From Promethearchaeota archaeon (GTDB taxonomy: Archaea; Asgardarchaeota; Lokiarchaeia; Sigyniarchaeales; SOKP01), in assembly GCA_048938025.1 (NCBI GenBank), contig JBHLMP010000015.1:1-51969 (forward strand): 51,969 nt of DNA, in the 5' to 3' direction. Under the pieces are notes generated by a model. The model did no database searches, had not been told where the DNA came from, and saw only the letters and a program-made list of their open reading frames with translations. Shown here in pieces: positions 30,868 to 40,149 of this stretch. Numbering within the stretch: the stretch's first letter is position 1; each line of letters starts with the position of its first letter. The translations under genes and the position numbers were made by a program.

Positions 30868-31212
30868 TTCAAAATCCTCCCTATTTCTCTTTTATTATGG
30901 TTTTTTTCGTAATTTTTAATTTTTGATAAATTTATTTTTCCTCATGATAATTATTATTATCGAATTATTTAAACCTTTGTGAAATATTGATCATATAATT
31001 TATGATAATCGTAGCCTATATTATTGATATTAGTCGATCTTTTGTTAATTTTAGTTATAACTAAAAAAATTGTCATATTAGAATTCTTGATTAAAAAATT
31101 TATCAAATTTGAAGAAATTATTCTTGTCAAATTCTTTTTATTTTGATAAAATAATCATTTACTTAGAAAGTAAATTACTTGCAAATTTAAAAATAAAGAG
31201 GTGTATAACTTA

Positions 31213-31830
31213 ATGGAAGTTTTGGAATTTAAGCCAATAAAAAACAAAAAAATTGTAGTATATATGTCATCTAAAGAGAATGTTAAATATTTCCAAAATA
31301 CAGATAACTCTAAACTTATAGAATTTTTAAAAAAGAAAAATATAGACTTTGTGACTGTTGATTTTCAAGTTGACATGAAAGAATTCAGAACAACACCATT
31401 CGCTCAAACATTAAATGGACTAAGCATACCATATTTTCAATTAGATATTCCAGATTATGCTATGGGGTATCTATATCAGGAAATTATTGAAAAACAACAA
31501 TTTCAAAATGAACTGTTTGAAGAATATGAAAATATGGAAGATAAAGAATCGTTTAAAGGGCTTAGTTTAAAAAATTGGATTGATATGTTAGGAGAGGAAA
31601 TTCAGGAAAAAGAAATTTTTCTTAGTTTAAAATTGAGACCTCAATGGATTGTTAAAAAAATGTTAGATTTAGCATTATCGTACAAGAAAGATAATGTGGC
31701 ATTTGTTCATTTTGTTCAAGAAGATATCTGTGAAGATATTTGTCCACAAGTAGTTGAAAATTTAAGAGAATTAAATGTTAAAGTTATATCTTATAATAAA
31801 AAACATACAATTCAAAATATAATATTTTAA
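31213..31830 (+). CDS. Hypothetical protein, paralogue of the downstream gene
   Basis: GAGGTG SD before ATG 31213; N-terminus EVLEFKPIKNK and overall layout match 31855. Confidence 0.75.
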   Translation: MEVLEFKPIKNKKIVVYMSSKENVKYFQNTDNSKLIEFLKKKNIDFVTVDFQVDMKEFRTTPFAQTLNGLSIPYFQLDIPDYAMGYLYQEIIEKQQFQNELFEEYENMEDKESFKGLSLKNWIDMLGEEIQEKEIFLSLKLRPQWIVKKMLDLALSYKKDNVAFVHFVQEDICEDICPQVVENLRELNVKVISYNKKHTIQNIIF

Positions 31831-31854
31831 TAAAAAAAAGAGAGGCGATAATAA

Positions 31855-32580
31855 ATGCCAGAAGTATTAGAATTAAAACCTTTAAAAAATAAGATCTTAA
31901 AGTTGATTTTGATTGAGAGTGAGTTTCCTATCGACTGGTGGTTTGAAGTTCCCAAGGATTATAAAGAAGATCTTTTTTGGAATCTTCATTTAATTTCTAA
32001 GGAATACCTTCAATTAATTGATTCGTTAATAGAAAAATATAAACCGAATTTTATTTTAGAAGAAAGGCCAAATTCATGGAGTGAAGAACTGAATAAAAAT
32101 GATCCTTTAAAAATACTTCTTACAAAACGTGGAATTCCATTTAAACATACTGATATTTCAGAAAATGCTGAATTATATCTCTCTTCAGCATTGGATGAAC
32201 ACAGGACAATGATTAAGAATCTCGAAAAAAGAGTCAATGGTATAATGAAAGAATTTAAAGAGAAACCTGAAAAAGAGGAATTTATTCAACGATTAGTATT
32301 ATGGAAAGAATATTTACAAATGGATTACAAGAGTCAAGAAGATGAAGTTAGATATAAAGTTCGAGAAGCATGGATGATGATGAATATTTTGAAGTTTGCG
32401 AAGGAATTTGAAGGAAAGAAATTGAAATGTTTATTCATATGTGATCCTCGACATTTTAACGGTCTTGAGAAACTTTCATTGGATCTTGGTATTGAAACAG
32501 AACAAGTGAAAATAAATAGGAAGATTAAAACTGAAGAAGTCGGCGAAATATTTGAAAAAGATTTAGAAATTGATAATTAA
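31855..32580 (+). CDS. Hypothetical protein, possibly TraB/Tiki/ChaN-like fold
   Basis: KYKPNFILEE, VREAWM, LFICDPRH resemble the P..V..E, R..M and G..H elements of that superfamily; product call tentative. Confidence 0.6.
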   Translation: MPEVLELKPLKNKILKLILIESEFPIDWWFEVPKDYKEDLFWNLHLISKEYLQLIDSLIEKYKPNFILEERPNSWSEELNKNDPLKILLTKRGIPFKHTDISENAELYLSSALDEHRTMIKNLEKRVNGIMKEFKEKPEKEEFIQRLVLWKEYLQMDYKSQEDEVRYKVREAWMMMNILKFAKEFEGKKLKCLFICDPRHFNGLEKLSLDLGIETEQVKINRKIKTEEVGEIFEKDLEIDN

Positions 32581-32629
32581 AAGTTATTTTTTATTAAATT
32601 TTTAAATATAAAAAAAATAGTTGATGTAA

Positions 32630-33625
32630 ATGGTAGAAAGAGAAATTGAAAATATCCTTGGAAAAAAATCAATAATAGAACTGACACCGATTATTATTAA
32701 AAAGAAAGATACATCCGATAAAATTTGTTATTTTTTTGATACGGATGACAATGCATCTCCATTTGATATCAATATGGCATATGATGCCGGTTTTGATGTT
32801 GTAATCCCTTATAACAATATAAAGGTTGATAAAGTAACTCAATTAGTCCAAGATGCGATGTTTTCGAGAAAAGCAGGTGCTCCAACAGTTTATTTTATTG
32901 GTGGTTCCGATGTAGAAGAAGTTGATAAAGTTGCCGAAACTGTATTAAGCTCGCTTGTACCTCCTTTTGAATCTCCTGTAATAATAGATCCAAGAGGTGC
33001 TTATACAACTGCTGCAGCAATGGTTGCTAAGTCTATAGAAATTACTCGAAAGCTAGGATGGCATGATCTCTCTGGTAAAAAAGTAGTCATTTTAGGAGGT
33101 ACAGGTCCAGTCGGACAAATTGGTGCAATTTTAGCTGCAAAGCTTAATTGTACTACTGTGATAACATCCCGAAGGGAGGAAATTATCAAAACTTTGGCAC
33201 AGAACTTAACTGAAAAAGCAGGAGAAGGAGTAACCGAAATTATTGGTGCTGTAGGGATTACTGATGAGCAAAAATATAAACTTCTTAAAGAAGCTGACAT
33301 TATTTGGTCTGTAGCTAAAGCAGGAGTCCAAATGGTTTCAAAAGAGCTATTGGAAAAATTACCTAAGAATAAGATCGCAGTTGATATCAATTTAGTACCT
33401 CCCTACGGAATTGAGGGATTAAAACCAAAATTTGAAGGTGATGAAATAGTTCCAGGAATTTATGGAATTGGAGCTTTAGGTGTAGGGAGACTAAAATACA
33501 AGACTGAGAGTAATATTTTTAAAGAAGCATCAGAGAGCAAAGGTAATAAAATCTTTGATTATCATAACGCTTTCAAACTAGCGTGTAGGATTCTTTTCGA
33601 TGAAGAAATTGAAATTACAGCTTAA
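32630..33625 (+). CDS. NAD(P)-dependent methylene-H4MPT dehydrogenase (MtdA/MtdB family)
   Basis: DTDDNASPFDINMAYDAG, VQDAMFSR, DPRGAYTTAAAMV, LGGTGPVG, DINLVPPYGIEG. Confidence 0.85.
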   Translation: MVEREIENILGKKSIIELTPIIIKKKDTSDKICYFFDTDDNASPFDINMAYDAGFDVVIPYNNIKVDKVTQLVQDAMFSRKAGAPTVYFIGGSDVEEVDKVAETVLSSLVPPFESPVIIDPRGAYTTAAAMVAKSIEITRKLGWHDLSGKKVVILGGTGPVGQIGAILAAKLNCTTVITSRREEIIKTLAQNLTEKAGEGVTEIIGAVGITDEQKYKLLKEADIIWSVAKAGVQMVSKELLEKLPKNKIAVDINLVPPYGIEGLKPKFEGDEIVPGIYGIGALGVGRLKYKTESNIFKEASESKGNKIFDYHNAFKLACRILFDEEIEITA

Positions 33626-33636
33626 AGAAAGCAGAA

Positions 33637-33669
33637 ACTTATATAGAATTAGAAATTCAATTTCTAATT
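33637..33669 (+). promoter_or_regulatory. TATA-like box plus perfect 11-bp inverted repeat (operator or terminator)
   Basis: ACTTATATAG followed by AATTAGAAATT-C-AATTTCTAATT (33647-33669). Confidence 0.45.
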
Positions 33670-33718
33670 TACTTTTTTTAAATTTTTATAATTGTAAATA
33701 AAAATAAGGGTTCCAATT

Positions 33719-34606
33719 ATGGTCTATAAAATTTTAATGAAAAAAGAATTAGGAAGTAGTAGAACGTTATTTGAAATGGAATTAGACATGCCTTTAATTG
33801 CTAAAAAGGCGCGGGCTGGAAATTTTATAATAATCAGAATAAATGAGAAAGGAGAGAGAATTCCTTTAACTGTTGCTGATTATAATCGAGAGAAAGGAAC
33901 TATAACGATTGTTTTTCAGGTTGTTGGTAAAACAACAAAATTATTATCGACATTAGAAAAGGGAGATTTCCTTCTTGATGTTGTTGGACCTTTAGGAAAT
34001 GAAATTCATTTGAAAAAATATGACTATCCTGTTGTAATTATTGGAGGTGGAGTGGGTATTGCTCCTTGTTATCCTCAAGCAAAAGAATTGAAAGAAACAG
34101 GAAACAAGATAATATCAATTATTGGTGCAAGGAGTAGTGATTTATTATTTTGGAGAGAAAAGATGAAACAGGTTAGTGATGAGTTAATAATTTGTACAGA
34201 TGATGGAACCGAAGGGAAAAAGGGTGTGGTTACTGACCCTCTTAAGGAACTTTTAAAGAGAGAGCCTTTAAGTCTAGTTATTTCTATAGGACCATTAATT
34301 ATGATGAAATTTGTAGCTTTAACGACAAGTGGGTATGAAGGATTACCTAAAGTAAAAACAATGGTCTCTCTAAATACGATTATGATCGATGGTACTGGCA
34401 TGTGTGGAGGATGCCGATTTTCCACAATAGATGGGAAAATATATTTTGCCTGTGTGGATGGTCCTGATGTGGATGGTCATATTGTAGATTTTGATAATCT
34501 ATTAAAACGTGCTAAAAGATTTATGGCTCAAGAAAAGGAGAGTATTGAACGCTATGAACATGAATGTAAGGCTGTAGAAAAACTCAAAATGGGAGGTTTA
34601 ATTTAA
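33719..34606 (+). CDS. nfnA: NfnA/SudB small subunit (FAD/NAD-binding, 2Fe-2S)
   Basis: GERIPLTVAD, VVGPLG, GGGVGIAP, TDDG, DGTGMCGGCR..ACVDGP. Confidence 0.9.
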   Translation: MVYKILMKKELGSSRTLFEMELDMPLIAKKARAGNFIIIRINEKGERIPLTVADYNREKGTITIVFQVVGKTTKLLSTLEKGDFLLDVVGPLGNEIHLKKYDYPVVIIGGGVGIAPCYPQAKELKETGNKIISIIGARSSDLLFWREKMKQVSDELIICTDDGTEGKKGVVTDPLKELLKREPLSLVISIGPLIMMKFVALTTSGYEGLPKVKTMVSLNTIMIDGTGMCGGCRFSTIDGKIYFACVDGPDVDGHIVDFDNLLKRAKRFMAQEKESIERYEHECKAVEKLKMGGLI

Positions 34607-34607
34607 A

Positions 34608-37394
34608 ATGCAAAATCAAACAACTATTATTAACATTTTATTAGATAATAAACAGAAGATTTTGAAAGCAGCAAAATTCGATGAAACCGAGTTTGATTGC
34701 TTAATCTTCAAACTAAATAAAGCTGAAAAACAAAGAAAAAAGATTTTACAGAAAATTAAAGATATGGGAGAATTTAATATAGAAAAATTCAGTCAAGAAT
34801 TAGCAATCTCGCGTCAAAATTTAACATTAGAGATTGATTACTTACAAGAATTAGGTTTTTTGAAATCTGTAGGAAAGGAATCGCGATTTTTCCAATATTT
34901 ATTGGATGAATATAGATCTAAGGGTGTTTTTCCTAATGTATCTATTATTAAAGAAAAAAACTTATGTTGCGGTTGTGGATTATGTGTTTCTCTATGTCCT
35001 TTAAATGCAATTAAATATTCTGAAGATACTTTTGAAGTCATAGAGGAAGACTGTATCAATTGTGGATTATGTTTTGCATGTTGTCCAAGATCATTTTTTC
35101 CAATAAATCTCAAATTTCTTAAAGAGAATGAAGAGATAAAAGCTAAGTTTTCTGATCAAATAAATTATTACCGAGAAGTCTGTACTGCCCAGACAAATGA
35201 TAATCAAATAATTGAAGTTGCTCAAGATGGAGGTATCGTAACAAGCTTATTAAAAACTGCTTTTCAAGTAAATATGATTGATTCTGCTTTAGCTGTGGGA
35301 TTAACAAATAAACCACACAAGCCAATACCTATCATCGTTGAAAATGTGGATGATTTATTAAAAACGGCTGGAACAAAATATAGTAATACACCTTCTTTAA
35401 AAATTTTACATGAATCTAAAAAATATAAAGATATTGCGATAGTCGGGACACCTTGTATGATGGAGGGGCTTAAAAAAATATCCATTTATCCATTTAACGA
35501 ACCTTTTTATGATAATATCGCTATAAAAATTGGATTATTCTGTATGGAATCATTCGATTACTCACAAATTTTAGAGCTGTTAAAAAATGAATTTCAAAAA
35601 CCTGCTACTGATATTATTAAAATGAATATAGATAAAGGTAAATTTCTCCTTTATAATAATGATGGTACTTCAATAAATATTCCTTTAAAAAAGATCAAAA
35701 AGTATGGAAGATTGGGTTGTTTCTTCTGTGATGATTTGACTGCTGAACAAGCAGATATATCGGTAGGGTCTATTAGTTCTGAGCCGGGATGGTCAACAGT
35801 TATAATTAGGACTCAAAAAGGTGCTGATCTATTTCAAAAAGCATTGGATTTAAAAATAATCGAAAAGAAAGAAATTAAGGAAGATGATAAGCGTTTTGGT
35901 GATTTAGAACGGATAGCAAAATCAAAAAAGAAGATCTATAAGGAAGGATGCAGACCTAAAATGATTGAACAAGATCCTAAAGAAAGAATAAAAAATTTTG
36001 ATGAAGTCCCTTTTGGATTAACTGAAGAAATGGTGAAATTAGAAGCTCAAAGATGTTTACAATGTGGGAGGCCTTTGTGCATTACAGGATGTCCAGTAAA
36101 TATAAATATCCCTGAATTTATTAGATTAATCAAATTAGGCAAAAATATTGATGCATTACATCTAATTAAAAGAGATAATTTATTACCAGCTATTTGTGGA
36201 AGAGTCTGTCCTCAAGAAACTCAATGCGAAGAAAAATGCTTATTAAATTCACTCGGAGAACCTATTTCAATTGGTTATTTAGAAAGGTTTCTTGCTGACT
36301 GGGAAAGAAAAAATAAGCTTAAAGAATGTCCTGATTGTCAAACGCCCAATAATATTAAAGTAGCTGTTATTGGATCGGGACCTGCTGGGTTAACATGTGC
36401 GGGCGATCTTGCAATGAAAGGTTATAATGTTACACTGTTTGAAGCTTTTCATGCAGGTGGAGGAGTATTGGTCTATGGAATACCTGAATTTAGATTGCCT
36501 AAAGAAATCGTTAAAGATGAGATTGAAACTTTGAAAATGCTTGGTATTGAGATAAAATATAATACTATTGTTGGTAAAACTTTAACTCTAGAAGATTTAA
36601 AAGAAGAAGGTTTTAGGGCATTTTTTATAGGTGTTGGAGCAGGGCTTCCTATGTTCCTAAGAATTCCTGGACTGAGTTTGAATGGGGTTCTAACAGCAAA
36701 CGAATTTCTAACAAGATCTAATTTGATGAAAGCATATAGATTTCCAGAATATGATACTCCAATAAAGGTTGGAAAGATTGTTACTGTTATTGGTGGTGGG
36801 AATGTTGCTTTAGATTCAGCCAGAACAGCATTAAGGTTAGGTGCAGAGAAAGTAATTGTTGTCTATAGAAGGTCAGAAGCAGAAATGCCTGCTAGAAGGG
36901 AAGAATATCATCATGCTATAGAAGAAGGTATTGAATTTCAATTTTTAACAAACCCAACAAGAATCATTGGTGATGAGAATGATAATGCTAAAAAAATGGA
37001 GTGTCTTAGAATGAAATTAGGAGAACTAGATGATTCAGGAAGGCGAAGCCCTATTCCCATTGAAGATTCGGAATTTGTAATTGAAACTGATGCAGTAATA
37101 CTTGCAATTGGGGCTTTGGCAAATCCTATTCTAACAAAGTCAGTCCCTGGTTTAAAATTAAACAAATGGGGTTATATCGAAACTGATACGGATGAAAGAA
37201 CGAGTATAGAAGGTGTATATGCTGGAGGAGATATAGTGACTGGAAGTGCTACAGTAATCTCTGCTATGGGCGCAGGAAGAATAGCCTCAGTGGCTATAGA
37301 TAAATATCTTAGAAATAAATTTCTGAATAAGGTAGATTCTATTGAAGTTGAAATGTTGGAAATTAGGACAATTAAGAAAGAGAAGATAAAATGA
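34608..37394 (+). CDS. wHTH plus 2x4Fe-4S plus FrhB (F420-binding) plus NfnB/SudA/GltD fusion
   Basis: QDGGIVT, AGTKYS, VGTPCM, IGLFCME, ADISVG (FrhB); EAQRCLQC, CGRVCPQETQCE, GSGPAG, GGGNVA, AGGDIVTG (GltD/NfnB). Confidence 0.9.
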   Translation: MQNQTTIINILLDNKQKILKAAKFDETEFDCLIFKLNKAEKQRKKILQKIKDMGEFNIEKFSQELAISRQNLTLEIDYLQELGFLKSVGKESRFFQYLLDEYRSKGVFPNVSIIKEKNLCCGCGLCVSLCPLNAIKYSEDTFEVIEEDCINCGLCFACCPRSFFPINLKFLKENEEIKAKFSDQINYYREVCTAQTNDNQIIEVAQDGGIVTSLLKTAFQVNMIDSALAVGLTNKPHKPIPIIVENVDDLLKTAGTKYSNTPSLKILHESKKYKDIAIVGTPCMMEGLKKISIYPFNEPFYDNIAIKIGLFCMESFDYSQILELLKNEFQKPATDIIKMNIDKGKFLLYNNDGTSINIPLKKIKKYGRLGCFFCDDLTAEQADISVGSISSEPGWSTVIIRTQKGADLFQKALDLKIIEKKEIKEDDKRFGDLERIAKSKKKIYKEGCRPKMIEQDPKERIKNFDEVPFGLTEEMVKLEAQRCLQCGRPLCITGCPVNINIPEFIRLIKLGKNIDALHLIKRDNLLPAICGRVCPQETQCEEKCLLNSLGEPISIGYLERFLADWERKNKLKECPDCQTPNNIKVAVIGSGPAGLTCAGDLAMKGYNVTLFEAFHAGGGVLVYGIPEFRLPKEIVKDEIETLKMLGIEIKYNTIVGKTLTLEDLKEEGFRAFFIGVGAGLPMFLRIPGLSLNGVLTANEFLTRSNLMKAYRFPEYDTPIKVGKIVTVIGGGNVALDSARTALRLGAEKVIVVYRRSEAEMPARREEYHHAIEEGIEFQFLTNPTRIIGDENDNAKKMECLRMKLGELDDSGRRSPIPIEDSEFVIETDAVILAIGALANPILTKSVPGLKLNKWGYIETDTDERTSIEGVYAGGDIVTGSATVISAMGAGRIASVAIDKYLRNKFLNKVDSIEVEMLEIRTIKKEKIK

Positions 37395-37464
37395 GAATTT
37401 TTAAATTTTATATAAGCTTTAAAAATTCTTGATAGAAAATAAAAAGGATATGAGGGTTATAGAT

Positions 37465-39711
37465 ATGGAATCAGAGCAAAAATTAAGAATTAAAGATGCT
37501 TTTAAAGAGGATGCGGGAAGAGGAATTATAAGAATAGATCCAGATGTAATAAAAAAATTAAAGTTGAAAGTAGGTGATGTTATTAGAATTTCTCATCCTT
37601 TTGCAAATAAAAAAACTGTTGCGGTATTATCATCAGCAAGAATTGAAGATAATGGATCACAAGTAATTAGAATGGATCCTTCTTTAAGGAGAAATTTAAA
37701 TGCTTCTATTGATGATCTTGTGGAGATAAAAAAGATTGAAGTAGATTTAGCTACGAGTGTAAGTTTTGCTGGATTAAATAGTTCATTGATCCCACGTGAC
37801 CCTCAAGCTATGGCAAGAAAATTAGAAAATCGAGTCATTACTTTGGGAGACAGCTTGAGTTTTTACGCAATGGGACATAGAATTGATCTAGTTGTCGTTA
37901 ATTATATTCCGAAGTCAGAAGCCGTTAAAATTCATCTTAATACGAGTATAGAATTTACAGAAAAACCTCAAAATACTATAGAAACAAGAAAGACCATTGT
38001 CAAATATGAAAAAATAAGTGATATTGAAGAAAAATTACAAAAAATACGTGAAAAAGTAACTTATGAGGATATTGGTGGATTGGAAGCATCAATTCAAAAG
38101 ATTCGTGAAATTATTGAACTTCCAATAAGACATCCAGAACTTTTTGAGAGAATAGGAATTGAACCACCCAATGGGGTTTTATTATTTGGCCCTCCAGGTA
38201 CAGGGAAAACATTATTAGCAAAAGCAGTTGCCTCAGAAACAGATGCATATTTTATGAGTATTAGTGGTCCTGAAATAATGAGTAAGTTTTTTGGACAGAG
38301 TGAAGAAAATCTCAGAAAAATATTTGAAGAGGCTAAGGAGAATTCTCCTTCGATAATTTTTCTAGATGAATTAGATTCTCTTGCTCCAAAGAGAGATGAA
38401 GGGAAAAATCAAGTTGAATTAAGAGTAGTTGCTCAATTATTATCCCTTATGGATGGTTTAAAAGGAAGAGGAGAGGTAATTGTAATAGGAGCAACAAATA
38501 AAGTAAATAATATTGATATTGCATTACGAAGACCCGGAAGATTTGATAGAGAAATTGAAATAAAAGTCCCCGATAGTAATGGACGTTTTGAAATATTGTT
38601 AATTCATACCAGAGGAATGCCTTTAGGCGAAGATGTGAATTTAAGATTAATAGCTGAAAAAACACACGGATTTGTTGGAGCAGACATAAGATCTCTATGC
38701 AAAGAAGCTGCAATCCTTGCTATTCGTGAAATAATTCCTGAAATTGATTTAGATGAACCTATTCCGGAAGTAATTTTAAATCAATTAAAGATAAAAATGA
38801 ACCACTTTCTTGAAGCCCTAACTAGCATTGAACCCTCAGCTTTAAGAGAAGTGTTGATAACTCATCCTTTAGAAACATGGGATGATATTGGGGGATTGGA
38901 GGAAGCAAAACAAGAATTAAAAGAAATTGTTGAATGGCCCTTAAAATATCCCGGGTTTTACAATTATATGAAATCGAGACCTCCTAATGGTATTCTTATA
39001 TATGGTCTCCCTGGTACTGGAAAAACTTTACTTGCTAAAGCTCTTGCTCATGAAACTGAAGTTAATTTTATCTCAGTAAAAGGTCCCGAATTCTTATCTA
39101 AATGGGTAGGAGAAAGTGCTAAAGCTGTTCGAGAGACTTTCCGCAAAGCACGATCTACAGCACCATGTATTATTTTCTTTGACGAGATAGATGCTATCGC
39201 ATCTAGACGTTCAGAATCTTCTGATTCAAAAGTAATAGATCAGATTGTAGCACAACTTTTAACTGAAATGGATGGTTTGGAAGAATTGAAAGATGTGGTG
39301 TTGATTGCGGCTACTAATAGACCTGATTTGCTCGATCCTGCATTACTTAGATCAGGGAGATTTGGCAGACATATTGAAATTCCTCTCCCAGATAAGAAAA
39401 CTCGTATAAATATCTTAAAAATTCATCTAAAAGATCGTCCTATTAATGATGAAATAAATATGGAATCATTAGCTCAAGAATTAGAAGGATATAGTGGTGC
39501 TGATATTAAAGCAGTATGCGAAGAAGCTACAATTTTAGCAATTCGAAAAGGTGTTTTCCACGTTGATATTGATGCATCGAATCCTAACTCTTATTCTAAA
39601 ATTAAAATTTCCCAAGAAGACTTTGAAAAAGCTATAGCAAAAATCAAAAAAGTTGCAGATCAAGCAAATAAATCCTACAAGGAAATTACCTACGGGGAAT
39701 TATATAGATAA
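37465..39711 (+). CDS. cdc48: Cdc48/VCP/VAT AAA+ ATPase
   Basis: DAGRGIIRID N-domain; GPPGTGKT and GLPGTGKT; two Walker B motifs; C-terminal LYR (HbYX-like); start placed at ATG after GAGG. Confidence 0.93.
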   Translation: MESEQKLRIKDAFKEDAGRGIIRIDPDVIKKLKLKVGDVIRISHPFANKKTVAVLSSARIEDNGSQVIRMDPSLRRNLNASIDDLVEIKKIEVDLATSVSFAGLNSSLIPRDPQAMARKLENRVITLGDSLSFYAMGHRIDLVVVNYIPKSEAVKIHLNTSIEFTEKPQNTIETRKTIVKYEKISDIEEKLQKIREKVTYEDIGGLEASIQKIREIIELPIRHPELFERIGIEPPNGVLLFGPPGTGKTLLAKAVASETDAYFMSISGPEIMSKFFGQSEENLRKIFEEAKENSPSIIFLDELDSLAPKRDEGKNQVELRVVAQLLSLMDGLKGRGEVIVIGATNKVNNIDIALRRPGRFDREIEIKVPDSNGRFEILLIHTRGMPLGEDVNLRLIAEKTHGFVGADIRSLCKEAAILAIREIIPEIDLDEPIPEVILNQLKIKMNHFLEALTSIEPSALREVLITHPLETWDDIGGLEEAKQELKEIVEWPLKYPGFYNYMKSRPPNGILIYGLPGTGKTLLAKALAHETEVNFISVKGPEFLSKWVGESAKAVRETFRKARSTAPCIIFFDEIDAIASRRSESSDSKVIDQIVAQLLTEMDGLEELKDVVLIAATNRPDLLDPALLRSGRFGRHIEIPLPDKKTRINILKIHLKDRPINDEINMESLAQELEGYSGADIKAVCEEATILAIRKGVFHVDIDASNPNSYSKIKISQEDFEKAIAKIKKVADQANKSYKEITYGELYR

Positions 39712-40149
39712 GTCATCCTGAATTCAATTTTCCAAAAAAATTTTTTCCTTTTTATAGATTGGATTAAAATACATTAATCATGGGAAATACTATTTTTAAT
39801 TATTACTCTCTAGAATTAGCAGGTAAAAAAACCTCACATAATTGTGCAATTTTGCTACTTTCTTTCACCTATGTTGATTAAGAATTTTTTTCAATTAATA
39901 GACAGGATTGATCATTTTATGGTTCAATCTCGATAATATTGATGATTGAATCCTAACAATTTAGTCAAACTATCGACCAACCAACCAATGCATAATACAC
40001 GAAAAGGATCATCTTTATATAATTTGATAATTTATATTTATCATAGGGATCATATCATTCACTAAAACAATCAATATTATTTTTGAAATCATAAATGTAT
40101 TAAATTTTATTTTAAAAAATAATGGTGATGTTTCACAAAGGTGGATTAA

